Virus record (IMG/VR): IMGVR_UViG_3300010383_000115
Coordinates: 1-47,093 of that record
Reading direction: 5' to 3' (one strand)
From: a virus
Lineage: Duplodnaviria > Caudoviricetes
DNA length: 47,093 bases
Shown: one piece after another, positions 1 through 9,487 of the stretch
Numbering within the stretch: the stretch's first letter is position 1
Layout: each line of letters opens with the position of its first letter
Translations under genes and position numbers: made by a program
Notes under the pieces: model-generated
Told to the model about the DNA's origin: nothing
The model's database searches: none
What the model saw: the letters and a program-made list of their open reading frames with translations, nothing else

Positions 1-1269
1 ATGGGAAGAAAAAGAGTAGAACGAATTCAACTCCTCAACGGGTGTAACTATACCCCGTTTGCTGTTCATCCGTCAAATTGGAATGAGGCCGGCGCCAGTG
101 CAAATTGCGAATGGCGGTTTACTTACCGGTTCTATGACCCGAAATTTAAAGACTCCTTCCCTTATGGGAAGCTGGTCCAGGTGAAAGGCACCAATGATCT
201 TAAAGGGCTCATGGCCAAGCGTCAAATGATGCAGGAGCTATTGAAGAACGAACGTGTAAGCTTAGAGATAAAACATTACAATCATTTTACTGATAAGTAC
301 ATGGTTGATGAATCCCTGACAGAAGTAGAACACCTGTACGAGATATCCCCGGATGCATTATTACCCGATGCACTGGAACAAGCTTTCAAAAAAATGAAAG
401 CGGAGCCGGAAACCTTAAAATCTGTTCGGCTGGTGCTTAACCAGGTAATAAAAGCCATTCATGATCTTAAGTATAGTAACATCAAGATATCAGAGGTAAA
501 GCGTGTATTCATCAAAAGAATCCTAAATCAGATAGGAATTTACAAAGGTGATAAGTGGACGGCCAACAACTATAATCATCACAGAGCGTATTTATCCATG
601 CTATTTGCGGAGCTGGTGGAATGGGATACTATTGATTACAACCCGATAGAAAAAATATCTAAACAGGTAGTTATCCGAAAAAAGCGGGAAGCGCTTACCA
701 TGGACCAGCGTATTAAGGTTTACAACTTTCTCCGTGAGAATAATTACCGGTTTTGGCTGCTCATGAATATCTTCTACTTAGCAGGATGCCGCCGTAATGA
801 GATCATGCGGGTACAAGCCAAAGATGTTGATATAAAGGCCCAAAAGTTTAAAGCACTGGTTAAGAAAGGCCGGAAGGGACTACGGGAAGAGTATTACACG
901 ATCACAAACGGTGCAGTACCATATTGGGAGATGGCTTTACAAGGTGCAGAGCCAGACGATTATGTGTTCTCCAGACTATTGAAGCCCGGGAAGGAAGCAA
1001 TTAATCCCAGGCAGATTACCCGCCGCTGGAGGCTTTGGATAAAGAAAAAACTAAGTGTCGAACTGGGTATAGATATTACTGCAGACTGGTATTCTTTGAA
1101 ACACCTACATAGTACAGAGATCGTTTCAAAATATGGATTAGCTGTTTCTGCTGACTTCAATAATGAATCCAAGGAGATGATAGAGCGACACTATGACCTG
1201 CTGGCCGATGAACGGAAACATAATATTAAAAAGACTACGCAAATAAGATTTTTGCCTACCGGTAATTGA
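1..1269 (+). CDS. int: Tyrosine recombinase / phage integrase
   Basis: GCRRNEI (catalytic R), K in KKG, YSLKH (variant of HxxR), ERHY (catalytic Y); 422 aa. Confidence 0.9.
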   Translation: MGRKRVERIQLLNGCNYTPFAVHPSNWNEAGASANCEWRFTYRFYDPKFKDSFPYGKLVQVKGTNDLKGLMAKRQMMQELLKNERVSLEIKHYNHFTDKYMVDESLTEVEHLYEISPDALLPDALEQAFKKMKAEPETLKSVRLVLNQVIKAIHDLKYSNIKISEVKRVFIKRILNQIGIYKGDKWTANNYNHHRAYLSMLFAELVEWDTIDYNPIEKISKQVVIRKKREALTMDQRIKVYNFLRENNYRFWLLMNIFYLAGCRRNEIMRVQAKDVDIKAQKFKALVKKGRKGLREEYYTITNGAVPYWEMALQGAEPDDYVFSRLLKPGKEAINPRQITRRWRLWIKKKLSVELGIDITADWYSLKHLHSTEIVSKYGLAVSADFNNESKEMIERHYDLLADERKHNIKKTTQIRFLPTGN

Positions 1270-1292
1270 GCCGGTAGTAACTTTATCTCCGT

Positions 1293-1448
1293 ATGACTAA
1301 AAGAGAATCCCGCTACTTCAGGTTACTGAAAGCCCGTAAAGGCACCACATTACCAGTGATCACCGTACCACATAAGCAAGTGAATAAGACAGTAGATGAT
1401 CTGGTTAAGTCGTGGAGTAATAAGAATACACACAATAACAGGGGGTAA
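1293..1448 (+). CDS. Possible 51-aa basic protein (MTKRESRYFRLLKARKG...)
   Basis: Hand-translated ORF between int and its terminator; below the ORF-track cutoff. Confidence 0.35.
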   Translation: MTKRESRYFRLLKARKGTTLPVITVPHKQVNKTVDDLVKSWSNKNTHNNRG

Positions 1449-1486
1449 ATTATGTACAGAAATGGGTGTTAAAATATGTAAATATT

Positions 1487-1514
1487 AAAGGCGGGAACGA
1501 TATCCCGCCTTTTT
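1487..1514. terminator. Intrinsic terminator, probably bidirectional, between int and the lysis genes
   Basis: AAAGGCGGGA-acgata-TCCCGCCTTTTT between convergent genes. Confidence 0.85.
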
Positions 1515-1572
1515 AATTGTCGATGCACGGCGATTAATCAAAACACACACATTACATTCGTGAAATTCACTA

Positions 1573-1959
1573 CTATTTTAAAGCTCGTTTTATCCAACCG
1601 TTGAGGTACTTCAACTGGCTTTTATTTGCGATGGTGATGTTATTGTATTTTTCAATTTCCTTTAGCTTAAACTGAGCTAACAACAGCTTGCGGGCCAGCC
1701 TTTCATTAGCAGCTGTAACACTATCATAGTTATGCTGCATACTATCCCGCAAGTAACCGTACATTATCTGATACATCTGCGGATCTTCTTTACCGCCAAC
1801 AAAAACGGTATCATGTTTTATTACCTGGTTGACGATGCCCGGTGCATAATTTACGGTGGTGGCCATGGGTACAGCTTTCTTATTGCAGCAACTTTCAAAC
1901 ACCATGGCACTATATGTACCAACTATTACAAACGATAACACACTAACTATTACTTTCAT
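1573..1959 (-). CDS. Exported or lipoprotein coiled-coil protein, possible spanin component
   Basis: Hydrophobic N-terminus ending FESCC; helical C-terminus; last gene of the lysis cassette. Confidence 0.5.
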   Translation of the reverse strand: MKVIVSVLSFVIVGTYSAMVFESCCNKKAVPMATTVNYAPGIVNQVIKHDTVFVGGKEDPQMYQIMYGYLRDSMQHNYDSVTAANERLARKLLLAQFKLKEIEKYNNITIANKSQLKYLNGWIKRALK

Positions 1960-2372
1960 GCTAAATATTTTGCTGGGTTATTAATAGCAGCTATAGTAGC
2001 AGCATCCATTTTACCTGTTTGCGGGATGCCCAAAACTTCCTGCAGATCTTTCGTACTGGTGCGAACCCCACGGTTTACACCTATATCATAAGCTTTCTTT
2101 GCGAGTGCTTGATCTTCTAATTTATCCCCGTCTATTGGTTGCCAAAAGTTCTTATAATAGAATGTACGAACTAGTGATATCAGGTTTACATCGTTGATAA
2201 TTCTGCCATGCTTTAACGGCTTATAGCTATCTACGATCTTCCAGCCTTCCCAATTAGGATGGTTCTTCCGGGAAATACCACAATATGTTTCTCCTCCGTT
2301 ATCGTCGGGATCTTTTACATAGCCCCCTTCGGCGGCCAATGTTTCCTTATATGCTGCGAGAAACTCTGCCAT
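1956..2372 (-). CDS. Endolysin, glycoside hydrolase family 108-like
   Basis: EGGYVKDPDDNGGETYCGI motif; C-terminal LQEVLGIPQTGKMD peptidoglycan-binding-like segment. Confidence 0.9.
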   Translation of the reverse strand: MAEFLAAYKETLAAEGGYVKDPDDNGGETYCGISRKNHPNWEGWKIVDSYKPLKHGRIINDVNLISLVRTFYYKNFWQPIDGDKLEDQALAKKAYDIGVNRGVRTSTKDLQEVLGIPQTGKMDAATIAAINNPAKYLA

Positions 2373-2377
2373 ACCGA

Positions 2378-3049
2378 TCAGAATTTAATTAGTGAGTACT
2401 GTATAGAAATACCGATGTTGGGTTGCCATTGCTGACCATTGAACCCATATCCCAAGTAAGGGCCAATACCAAACCGCTTACTCTTTTCTTCATATACTTT
2501 AATCCCGGTTACTCCTTTGATGCTACTGTGTGGATTTATACTATAAGCGTCTATGTATGCCTCTTTCTTAAACCATCCTGCCTTTTTCCTGTATGCAGAT
2601 ATTATCAGGCTGTCGAACGTGGTATATTCTATAGTGGGAGGATTTGTAACAGAACATTTTAAATCTATCCATCGATCACTATAAGAAACAGAGACATACT
2701 TTATTGTATCGTGTATAGTATCAATTCTGCCAGTAACTACATTTTTTGATACAACAGAAGCAGCCCCCACACTTTCTATGTTTTTCTTGGCTGTTTTAAG
2801 TGCCTTACTGACACTATCGAGCAGGTCACCCTTGACAGCATCGATGTTTGGGAAGCTACCCTGCAGCAATAGCTTTTCTGCATGCTCCCGGCCGAATAGA
2901 TCCTTCCATATCCGTGAGCTGTCATTTGCATGTGCCAGGTTACCGGTTAACTGCTCGCTATATCGCTGATGCTTTTTACAAGTCTGTATAGTGAGGAAAA
3001 GGAAGAAGGCCAGCAGCATGCAAAGCCCCCATGGTAAGATATTTTTCAT
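2378..3049 (-). CDS. Putative spanin-like lysis protein
   Basis: N-terminal hydrophobic helix; C-terminal amphipathic beta strands ending in Phe; lies between holin and endolysin. Confidence 0.55.
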   Translation of the reverse strand: MKNILPWGLCMLLAFFLFLTIQTCKKHQRYSEQLTGNLAHANDSSRIWKDLFGREHAEKLLLQGSFPNIDAVKGDLLDSVSKALKTAKKNIESVGAASVVSKNVVTGRIDTIHDTIKYVSVSYSDRWIDLKCSVTNPPTIEYTTFDSLIISAYRKKAGWFKKEAYIDAYSINPHSSIKGVTGIKVYEEKSKRFGIGPYLGYGFNGQQWQPNIGISIQYSLIKF

Positions 3050-3055
3050 AAAACG

Positions 3056-3304
3056 TTAGTTTGGTTGCTCTTCTGTTTTCTCTTCAGGCTGCATGCCGAA
3101 TAGCTTTGATACGCCTAATACGACCATATCCAACCCTTTCAGATACAATAAGACTCGAACCTTTATAGTATCTGGTATTGTTGGATCGCCTGCAATTACA
3201 AAGGCTGCTGCAGTAGTAAGTATTGCAACAATGCGGAACATCCACTTAGCCCACATAGGTGTTTCGTTTACGAGGCCTTCAGCCCCAAATTTTAGATTTG
3301 CCAT
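3056..3304 (-). CDS. Putative holin
   Basis: 82 aa, two hydrophobic segments, charged C-terminus, in lysis cassette. Confidence 0.65.
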   Translation of the reverse strand: MANLKFGAEGLVNETPMWAKWMFRIVAILTTAAAFVIAGDPTIPDTIKVRVLLYLKGLDMVVLGVSKLFGMQPEEKTEEQPN

Positions 3305-3309
3305 AATGG

Positions 3310-3603
3310 TTATTTTACGTGATACTTGATTTTTGTTACTTCAAATTCGATATCATCCAATCGGGATTGCTGTTTATCCAGCTTATCCTCTGCATTGTTA
3401 ATGCGGCGCTCATGATTTGCGATATTGGTATTTTGCGTTTCGTTGACTGTAGAGCTATTGTTGATTGCCTGCATAATGTTTGTGTACCAGATGGTACCGG
3501 CTGCCAATAGCTTAACCGTGCACACTACACAGGTTGCTCCTGTAGATAATACCGATATGATTAATGCCCACCTGGCTGTATTTATTTTCTGTGTCTGTGT
3601 CAT
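3310..3603 (-). CDS. Membrane-anchored coiled-coil protein (holin or antiholin-like)
   Basis: N-terminal TM segment then HERRINNAEDKLD coiled coil. Confidence 0.5.
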   Translation of the reverse strand: MTQTQKINTARWALIISVLSTGATCVVCTVKLLAAGTIWYTNIMQAINNSSTVNETQNTNIANHERRINNAEDKLDKQQSRLDDIEFEVTKIKYHVK

Positions 3604-4352
3604 TATGGTACTCCGTATATAGATGTTAAATAAGATGCTACCTGTGATTCATTATGCGCCCCACGATATATAATCAGTCGCTCCAATACAAAAGATGAGG
3701 CGTTGGAACCTAAATACCCAATGGTAAGGTTAGTAGCTGTAGATGTAGTGCCCAGGCTACCGGTAGTAGTGACGCCATTTACCGTAGCATAAGAGTTCGG
3801 AGAGGCTCCATTTACTTTAACCTTTAGCATATAGTGCGTGCCGTTGGTTAAAGAAGTACTGGTTGAGATAGAACCGGTGGCTGTAAATATCTTCCAGTTA
3901 TTTAATCCTGATGATCGGGTCACAAATGCATATAGATTGGTACCGTTACCATTGTCATCTGCTATCTGGAACGCACCATCACCGTTTGTAGAGATAGTAT
4001 TTGCTACAACAGCATAAATAGTATAATCTGTACTTAATGCACCTGTGATCACTAGCTTGTCAGTCCGACTACCTGTAAAGGTTATCTTACTAGTTCCATC
4101 CCATAAAGGTTGATTACCCCCCGTGGCCTGTACCGCTGCTGATCCGCTGCCTGTACTTTGGTTAGCCCATGAACTAACTCTATTTGCTGACTGTGTTACT
4201 CCTAAGGCGGCATTATAATCTCCCCAAAGATTTGTTGTTGGCAATGATACCCCCGCAGCAGGTGGTACATACATAGCGCCAGCAATCGCTGCAAGCTGTG
4301 CATAAGCAGGAAGCGAAAGTGCTAAAAGTAATATGACTAATATCCTCTTCAT
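3603..4352 (-). CDS. Signal-peptide-bearing concanavalin/LamG-like lectin-fold protein
   Basis: MKRILVILLLALSLPAYA-Q signal; LWGDYNA...VSSWANQS...QP and YLTSIYG motifs seen in tail-associated lectin domains. Confidence 0.65.
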   Translation of the reverse strand: MKRILVILLLALSLPAYAQLAAIAGAMYVPPAAGVSLPTTNLWGDYNAALGVTQSANRVSSWANQSTGSGSAAVQATGGNQPLWDGTSKITFTGSRTDKLVITGALSTDYTIYAVVANTISTNGDGAFQIADDNGNGTNLYAFVTRSSGLNNWKIFTATGSISTSTSLTNGTHYMLKVKVNGASPNSYATVNGVTTTGSLGTTSTATNLTIGYLGSNASSFVLERLIIYRGAHNESQVASYLTSIYGVP

Positions 4353-7300
4353 TATTGCATATCTCCTTGTGTGCTGTAATTGTTTGAGGTTGATTCCGGC
4401 AGTATGATGAAAGAAGCATATTGCCCAGCTGTCTTAGTGTAAGATTGCCTGTTATGGATAGTAGTACCACTGGCCGCTAAGGTCACCGCTCCGGCACCGC
4501 CTTGTTTGATGATACACCAGAATGATGCGCCTAATCCACTTGGGAGCGTTACTGTAATGGCAGAAGCATTGGTGCATTGGACAATCTTTCCGAGGTCAGA
4601 AGCCTGTAATGTGTAGGTAGTACCAGTTTGCGCATTTATGTTGATGCTCTTATCAATATAGGTGGTATTAATAGTAGAGCCTTGCCAGGTACCAGTACCG
4701 ATAGTACCAACAGTATTAATATTGGAACTGCCTGTCCAGGTTGATAAAGCGGTATTTTCCACGTTAGTTAATCCAATATCTGCCTTAGTATAAGCAAGTA
4801 TTGTCTTAAGCGTAGCTATTGATAATACTTCAGGTGCACCGGTACCAGCTGTATTCCTACCAATAACAGAAGCCGTAGCCATGTTAGCCATATCAGCAAG
4901 AGCCACACTACCATCAGCTATCTCTGTACTGCCAATGCCACCTGTTTTGATACTTACTGCGCCAGATGTAACGCTGAAATAGGTACTACTAAAAGATGCA
5001 ATACCTTTTGTACTTGTCGTTGCATCTGCTACAGAGGTAAGATATGATGGCGTGAAATTCACCCACTTACCAGATGCAAAATCATACTTCACTAACTGAC
5101 CATCTGAAGGAGTAGTAATATTAAACCCCGTTAGATCACTCATGCCGTGTGTATGGCTCAAAGCTGCTTTCCCTGCCAGGTCTGTTGTTAGGTTGATGAT
5201 ATCACTCTCTGCGTGTGTATGGGTGATATTGGCAAATACTGTTTTGTAATAGTTATAACTATGCCATCCACCCGAGGTAGTGGTGGTGTCCAGCGTAATA
5301 TTTGGGTTAGTGCCGCCAGACGATGACATCGGCGATGTAGCAGTTACTGAAGCGACTCCGCTTCCAGCAGCCATAGTACTATCCTTATACTGAAATATCC
5401 ATGTGCCGCCGATATTTGCAAATACACTATCATTACTACGCTTCAGACTATATACCCGCTTGTTAAGGCTGTCAGACAAACCAGTTATGCCTGATTGTGG
5501 AATAGTTTTAAGCCATGTAACTTTCTTAGTTGGTATTTGACCTGTAGAACTAGAACTATCTAGAACCATGTATAGCGGAATGGTACCAGTATATTGCTGT
5601 GTATTAGGTAGAAAAACCTGTGAAGCGGAGTTGGGTGTCGCTGTGGTATTAGTAACGATTAATGCAGCTGCTATGGTATCTTTTGCCGATGTACTATTCT
5701 GATATCCCAATGCAATCGTACCCCAAGGCGTCATTCTGAAAAACGGATAACTACCAGTTAAATTTTGACCTGCAGTTTGAAAGGATGGAGTAGCCCACAT
5801 TGTGATGCCCGCGCCGCCATTGGCAGTAGCAGAATTATACATACTAATGTTAACAGCATAACCGTCATGAATAGCTTTTGTACCAGATCCTTGCACGAAA
5901 TATGAATTATTCGATAGGGCTATATTATTTGCGTTTATTGATTGGAAATAGAATGATCCTATAGCCGCTGATAACTTAGTGTTTGAAACTGGGATATTTA
6001 ACAACGTAAGCGGTGAGGCGACAGTATCAATTCCAATGAAACCGGCACTATCTTGTATATGGCTTGCAACCAAACTATCAGAACTGCTAAAAACAGGAAC
6101 ATAAAAAGCTGCACCACCTGAGTACTTCAAACGGTTAGCAATAAATGAATAGGGCAGCGAACTGATCGTTTGCGTGTTGCTATCTGGTGTATGCCTTACC
6201 AATATCTCAAATAGTGCATCCGCATTCGCAGGTGCATATTTAAACTTGGTAGCAAAGTTGAACTGCAATTTACTGGCGTCGCCCTGCATCGCCGATCCTG
6301 AGAAATCATCGCGGCCACCGTTGCCGGGATTACCACCAAAACCAAACCCACGGCTGTTGGATGAAAACTTATAACGCTTTTCTAAGGTAGGGGCCGCACC
6401 TGCAGTATTAGAACCTGTGCTTTGCCAATAGCTGATCTCGCCATCTGCAAATTGTATCATTCCACTGTAGCCCGGAGTATCAGTTACATAGGTAGTGCCG
6501 TTATGGTGCAGGTTAAACCCGATGAAATAATTATAAGTAGATAACCCTTGGAAGGTAACACCACTGGCCCGCATCCCTGCATAGTTCTTAGTGAATGGTA
6601 CGGTAACAAGTGCTTTGCCATCAGGCAGCACATCAAAACCAGTTTCCCCTTCAATAACCTTTCTGCCGCTGGTATCTATACTTATTACCTGGTGGCCTCT
6701 ATAATCATACAGCCCGCCATCTACTAATAAATTACCTTTTACATATACCTGGGGGTACATTTCCTTGTCTACCTCATCAGCGCATATATAATGCCCTAAC
6801 GCACTCCAGTGAACATTATCTGTAAAGTACAGGTTGCGCTTTTGGTTATTGGCAAAGATGGTATGCAGGTCTATATAGTGTATTCCTAACTGGAAACATT
6901 CATTGCGGATGGCCGTGTTGATGATGATAAGGTCATTATCCGTCATGCTACTGCACAGGGCAGGGTTTGGTATATACCAAGCTGAAAGGGCACCTATACT
7001 TCCGCGCATCCATCCTTTAATATCTGCCTGTGCAACGAAACTATCCAATGACAGCTTTATTTGCGTGGTATCGTAGCTGGTAGCATACTGGCAACCATCA
7101 TTAAATCCTAGCTCTATTATAAGCTTGCTATTAGGCGTGGGCATTACTTCCAGCGATGCCACGCTATCCATCAGCCCTCCGTTATTATTATGCGGTGTAT
7201 AGCCTCGGTAATAAGTAGCTCCGCCATGTGCGTGGACTTTCACGGTCTGTCCATGTCGATAAGCCAGGTGTTTGTAGTAAGGTACCGGTGGCGGGTTTGT

Positions 7301-8209
7301 ATATATATCTGCGGTTATACTATTGCCAAACAGAGAAATGATGCCGCCGGGATCTTGCCAGCCAATAAACAGGGACGTATCGGTAACCGGGTTTTCTTTT
7401 GCTACCTGGTCGAGTGTTGTGCTGTGCGGATTAGTGTTATCCGTTAAATGAGCATCCCAGTCAGTAATCTGCGTATTTGTGATGGATGATGCTGCTGAAG
7501 AAGCAAAGACCGGATCTGTTTCTACAGGTAACTTCACAAAACCACTACCTGTTAAGAATAAGGTATCATTGCTAATACTGAGTGTCTGAATCTCATTCGT
7601 GTTACTGCTATCCTTATCAGATATATTGAACGATACAGATGCCCCGTTTGACATCGTAATCGTTACAACGCTTCCAGTTTTAGAAGATGTGAATGCCAAG
7701 CTATTAACCACATTGATGATATAGCTACGCAATGCCTGTGCAGTATCTGCTATAACCAGGTAATTAGGAACAGCGGAGGTATCCACCCGAATAGTATCAC
7801 CATCTATATTGATCCCATAACCAGCCTTTAATGTCTGGCCCCCACCATCGCCCCCCGGAGCGTATTTCTGAATCAATGTCTTTACAAGGTTGGTATCCTT
7901 ATAAGTCATGTAACGAACATCAACACTCCCATCCATGTGGTGTAGTGTGCTATCGCTATAGTCATAGAAGAAAACACCCCTTTCGGTAGTTACAACGGCG
8001 CCATGCACAACCCGTGGCAATATTGCTCCCAGGTTACTACTATCTTTGCCAATTTTAATAGCTGCAGATGCTGGAGGCCATACATCCTTACCAGCGTTTA
8101 TAGAAGTTGGCCCGTTAATGTAAAAGCCGCCCGGCCAGTTAATACCTGATCGTTGGGCGTCTGCTACCAAAAAACTTAAGCAGCATAGGAGTAATAAAAC
8201 CTTTCTCAT
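4352..8209 (-). CDS. Tail fibre / receptor-binding-like protein with signal peptide and SGNH esterase domain
   Basis: HTH-x-x-SDI/L fibre repeats, ETDPVF, ATTSTKG, C-terminal INAQTGTTYTL module; GNSI...GFND...DNVH; position before lysis genes. Confidence 0.8.
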   Translation of the reverse strand: MRKVLLLLCCLSFLVADAQRSGINWPGGFYINGPTSINAGKDVWPPASAAIKIGKDSSNLGAILPRVVHGAVVTTERGVFFYDYSDSTLHHMDGSVDVRYMTYKDTNLVKTLIQKYAPGGDGGGQTLKAGYGINIDGDTIRVDTSAVPNYLVIADTAQALRSYIINVVNSLAFTSSKTGSVVTITMSNGASVSFNISDKDSSNTNEIQTLSISNDTLFLTGSGFVKLPVETDPVFASSAASSITNTQITDWDAHLTDNTNPHSTTLDQVAKENPVTDTSLFIGWQDPGGIISLFGNSITADIYTNPPPVPYYKHLAYRHGQTVKVHAHGGATYYRGYTPHNNNGGLMDSVASLEVMPTPNSKLIIELGFNDGCQYATSYDTTQIKLSLDSFVAQADIKGWMRGSIGALSAWYIPNPALCSSMTDNDLIIINTAIRNECFQLGIHYIDLHTIFANNQKRNLYFTDNVHWSALGHYICADEVDKEMYPQVYVKGNLLVDGGLYDYRGHQVISIDTSGRKVIEGETGFDVLPDGKALVTVPFTKNYAGMRASGVTFQGLSTYNYFIGFNLHHNGTTYVTDTPGYSGMIQFADGEISYWQSTGSNTAGAAPTLEKRYKFSSNSRGFGFGGNPGNGGRDDFSGSAMQGDASKLQFNFATKFKYAPANADALFEILVRHTPDSNTQTISSLPYSFIANRLKYSGGAAFYVPVFSSSDSLVASHIQDSAGFIGIDTVASPLTLLNIPVSNTKLSAAIGSFYFQSINANNIALSNNSYFVQGSGTKAIHDGYAVNISMYNSATANGGAGITMWATPSFQTAGQNLTGSYPFFRMTPWGTIALGYQNSTSAKDTIAAALIVTNTTATPNSASQVFLPNTQQYTGTIPLYMVLDSSSSTGQIPTKKVTWLKTIPQSGITGLSDSLNKRVYSLKRSNDSVFANIGGTWIFQYKDSTMAAGSGVASVTATSPMSSSGGTNPNITLDTTTTSGGWHSYNYYKTVFANITHTHAESDIINLTTDLAGKAALSHTHGMSDLTGFNITTPSDGQLVKYDFASGKWVNFTPSYLTSVADATTSTKGIASFSSTYFSVTSGAVSIKTGGIGSTEIADGSVALADMANMATASVIGRNTAGTGAPEVLSIATLKTILAYTKADIGLTNVENTALSTWTGSSNINTVGTIGTGTWQGSTINTTYIDKSININAQTGTTYTLQASDLGKIVQCTNASAITVTLPSGLGASFWCIIKQGGAGAVTLAASGTTIHNRQSYTKTAGQYASFIILPESTSNNYSTQGDMQ

Positions 8210-8844
8210 TTAAAAGATATGATTGATATTTCTTGATCGGCGACAGTTTGCCCGAAGTATATAATACCGGCATCTTTGTCATAGTAGTATTCATCTTCAG
8301 CGAGTGTTTCTAAAGATGCAGAGGCTCGAAGCACACCTGTTTCGTTGAAAACAAGTACTTGCTTGGAGTTTTTAAGCTTATCTTTTATAGTGGCTGCATT
8401 CGATGCAGAATCCATCGGGAATTGCATCTGATCAGCAACACCCAAAAATTGGAATCGTTCAGATGAGAACCTGGCCGGTAACTGAACGTCAATAGGACAG
8501 CCGACGTACTTCTTTTCAATGTTAGAATTATGTACACCGATGCATAAGCGATCGTATTTATTCACAAACGCCATAGCTACATAATCGCAGGATTGCAAAT
8601 CTGTTTTAACCCGGATATCGAAAGCACGCATGCCGGCATTAAAGAAGCCATCAGGCAACTGAGTACCAAGCAACGTACCTATACCGTCTTCATCAGTGGT
8701 GAAAGGGAGCGTGTAGATATTACCGAACTGGTCCACTACCTCCCAGTAATAATCTGTATCAGGTGCCAATACACCATTTACTTTAATCTCACTTGGATTT
8801 TGGGACACATAATCCTGATATGTTTTCCCTGTTGTACAAGACAT
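8206..8844 (-). CDS. Structural protein, possible fibre adaptor
   Basis: Position between tail tube and fibre; beta-rich C-terminal domain. Confidence 0.5.
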   Translation of the reverse strand: MSCTTGKTYQDYVSQNPSEIKVNGVLAPDTDYYWEVVDQFGNIYTLPFTTDEDGIGTLLGTQLPDGFFNAGMRAFDIRVKTDLQSCDYVAMAFVNKYDRLCIGVHNSNIEKKYVGCPIDVQLPARFSSERFQFLGVADQMQFPMDSASNAATIKDKLKNSKQVLVFNETGVLRASASLETLAEDEYYYDKDAGIIYFGQTVADQEISIISFK

Positions 8845-8863
8845 AATTTAAAGATTTAAAGAC

Positions 8864-8893
8864 CAGCAAAGCCGGGTGTTGCCCGGCCTGCTG
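8864..8893 (-). terminator. Hairpin or terminator after the major tail protein gene
   Basis: CAGCA-aa-GCCGGG-tgttg-CCCGGC-c-TGCTG; only a weak U tract. Confidence 0.55.
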
Positions 8894-8901
8894 AATCTTG
8901 A

Positions 8902-9468
8902 TTAAGGATTGTACTGGAAGCAATCGAACACCCCATCAGGAGTAGCGAAAGGAGCAGGAATATCTGCTTGTGACCATTTAGCTTCAACATCCCACACTAC
9001 TTCTGCAGTAATGTCGTCCGTTACCGGATTCTTAGGAGTAACCCTAACCGGCTTTTCTGCCAGGTGCGTTTGCGTTTCAGTCCTAAAGGCGATAACATGC
9101 CTTTTAGAGTACTTCATTGCATTGTAGAAAGCAGCGTTCTCTTTATAGCTAGGGTCTTTATAGTTAAGCGTGAAGTTGTAACCGATAAGACGGCTCACTT
9201 CATCGCCATAACCTGGGCCCTCTACAGGAGAACCACCATCATAAGAACCCGATACCTCAGGTATGATGATGATCTTTTTATCTACTATACCCGCAGTCCA
9301 AAGGGATGCATCGGTAGGATCAGCTATTAAGGTCGGTAAATAGTCCTTGTCAATAAAGGCAAGGCCGCGTATCCGCCCGTGTTCTACATCATCACTGGGA
9401 CAGCCTACGCATATGTGATCTGGCACCGCCTGATCGCACGATTGAGGATAATAAACTGAAAATGACAT
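8902..9468 (-). CDS. Probable major tail tube protein
   Basis: 188 aa, beta-rich, follows neck genes, followed by a hairpin like the capsid gene. Confidence 0.65.
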   Translation of the reverse strand: MSFSVYYPQSCDQAVPDHICVGCPSDDVEHGRIRGLAFIDKDYLPTLIADPTDASLWTAGIVDKKIIIIPEVSGSYDGGSPVEGPGYGDEVSRLIGYNFTLNYKDPSYKENAAFYNAMKYSKRHVIAFRTETQTHLAEKPVRVTPKNPVTDDITAEVVWDVEAKWSQADIPAPFATPDGVFDCFQYNP

Positions 9469-9487
9469 TTGTCATACTTTACAGAGT

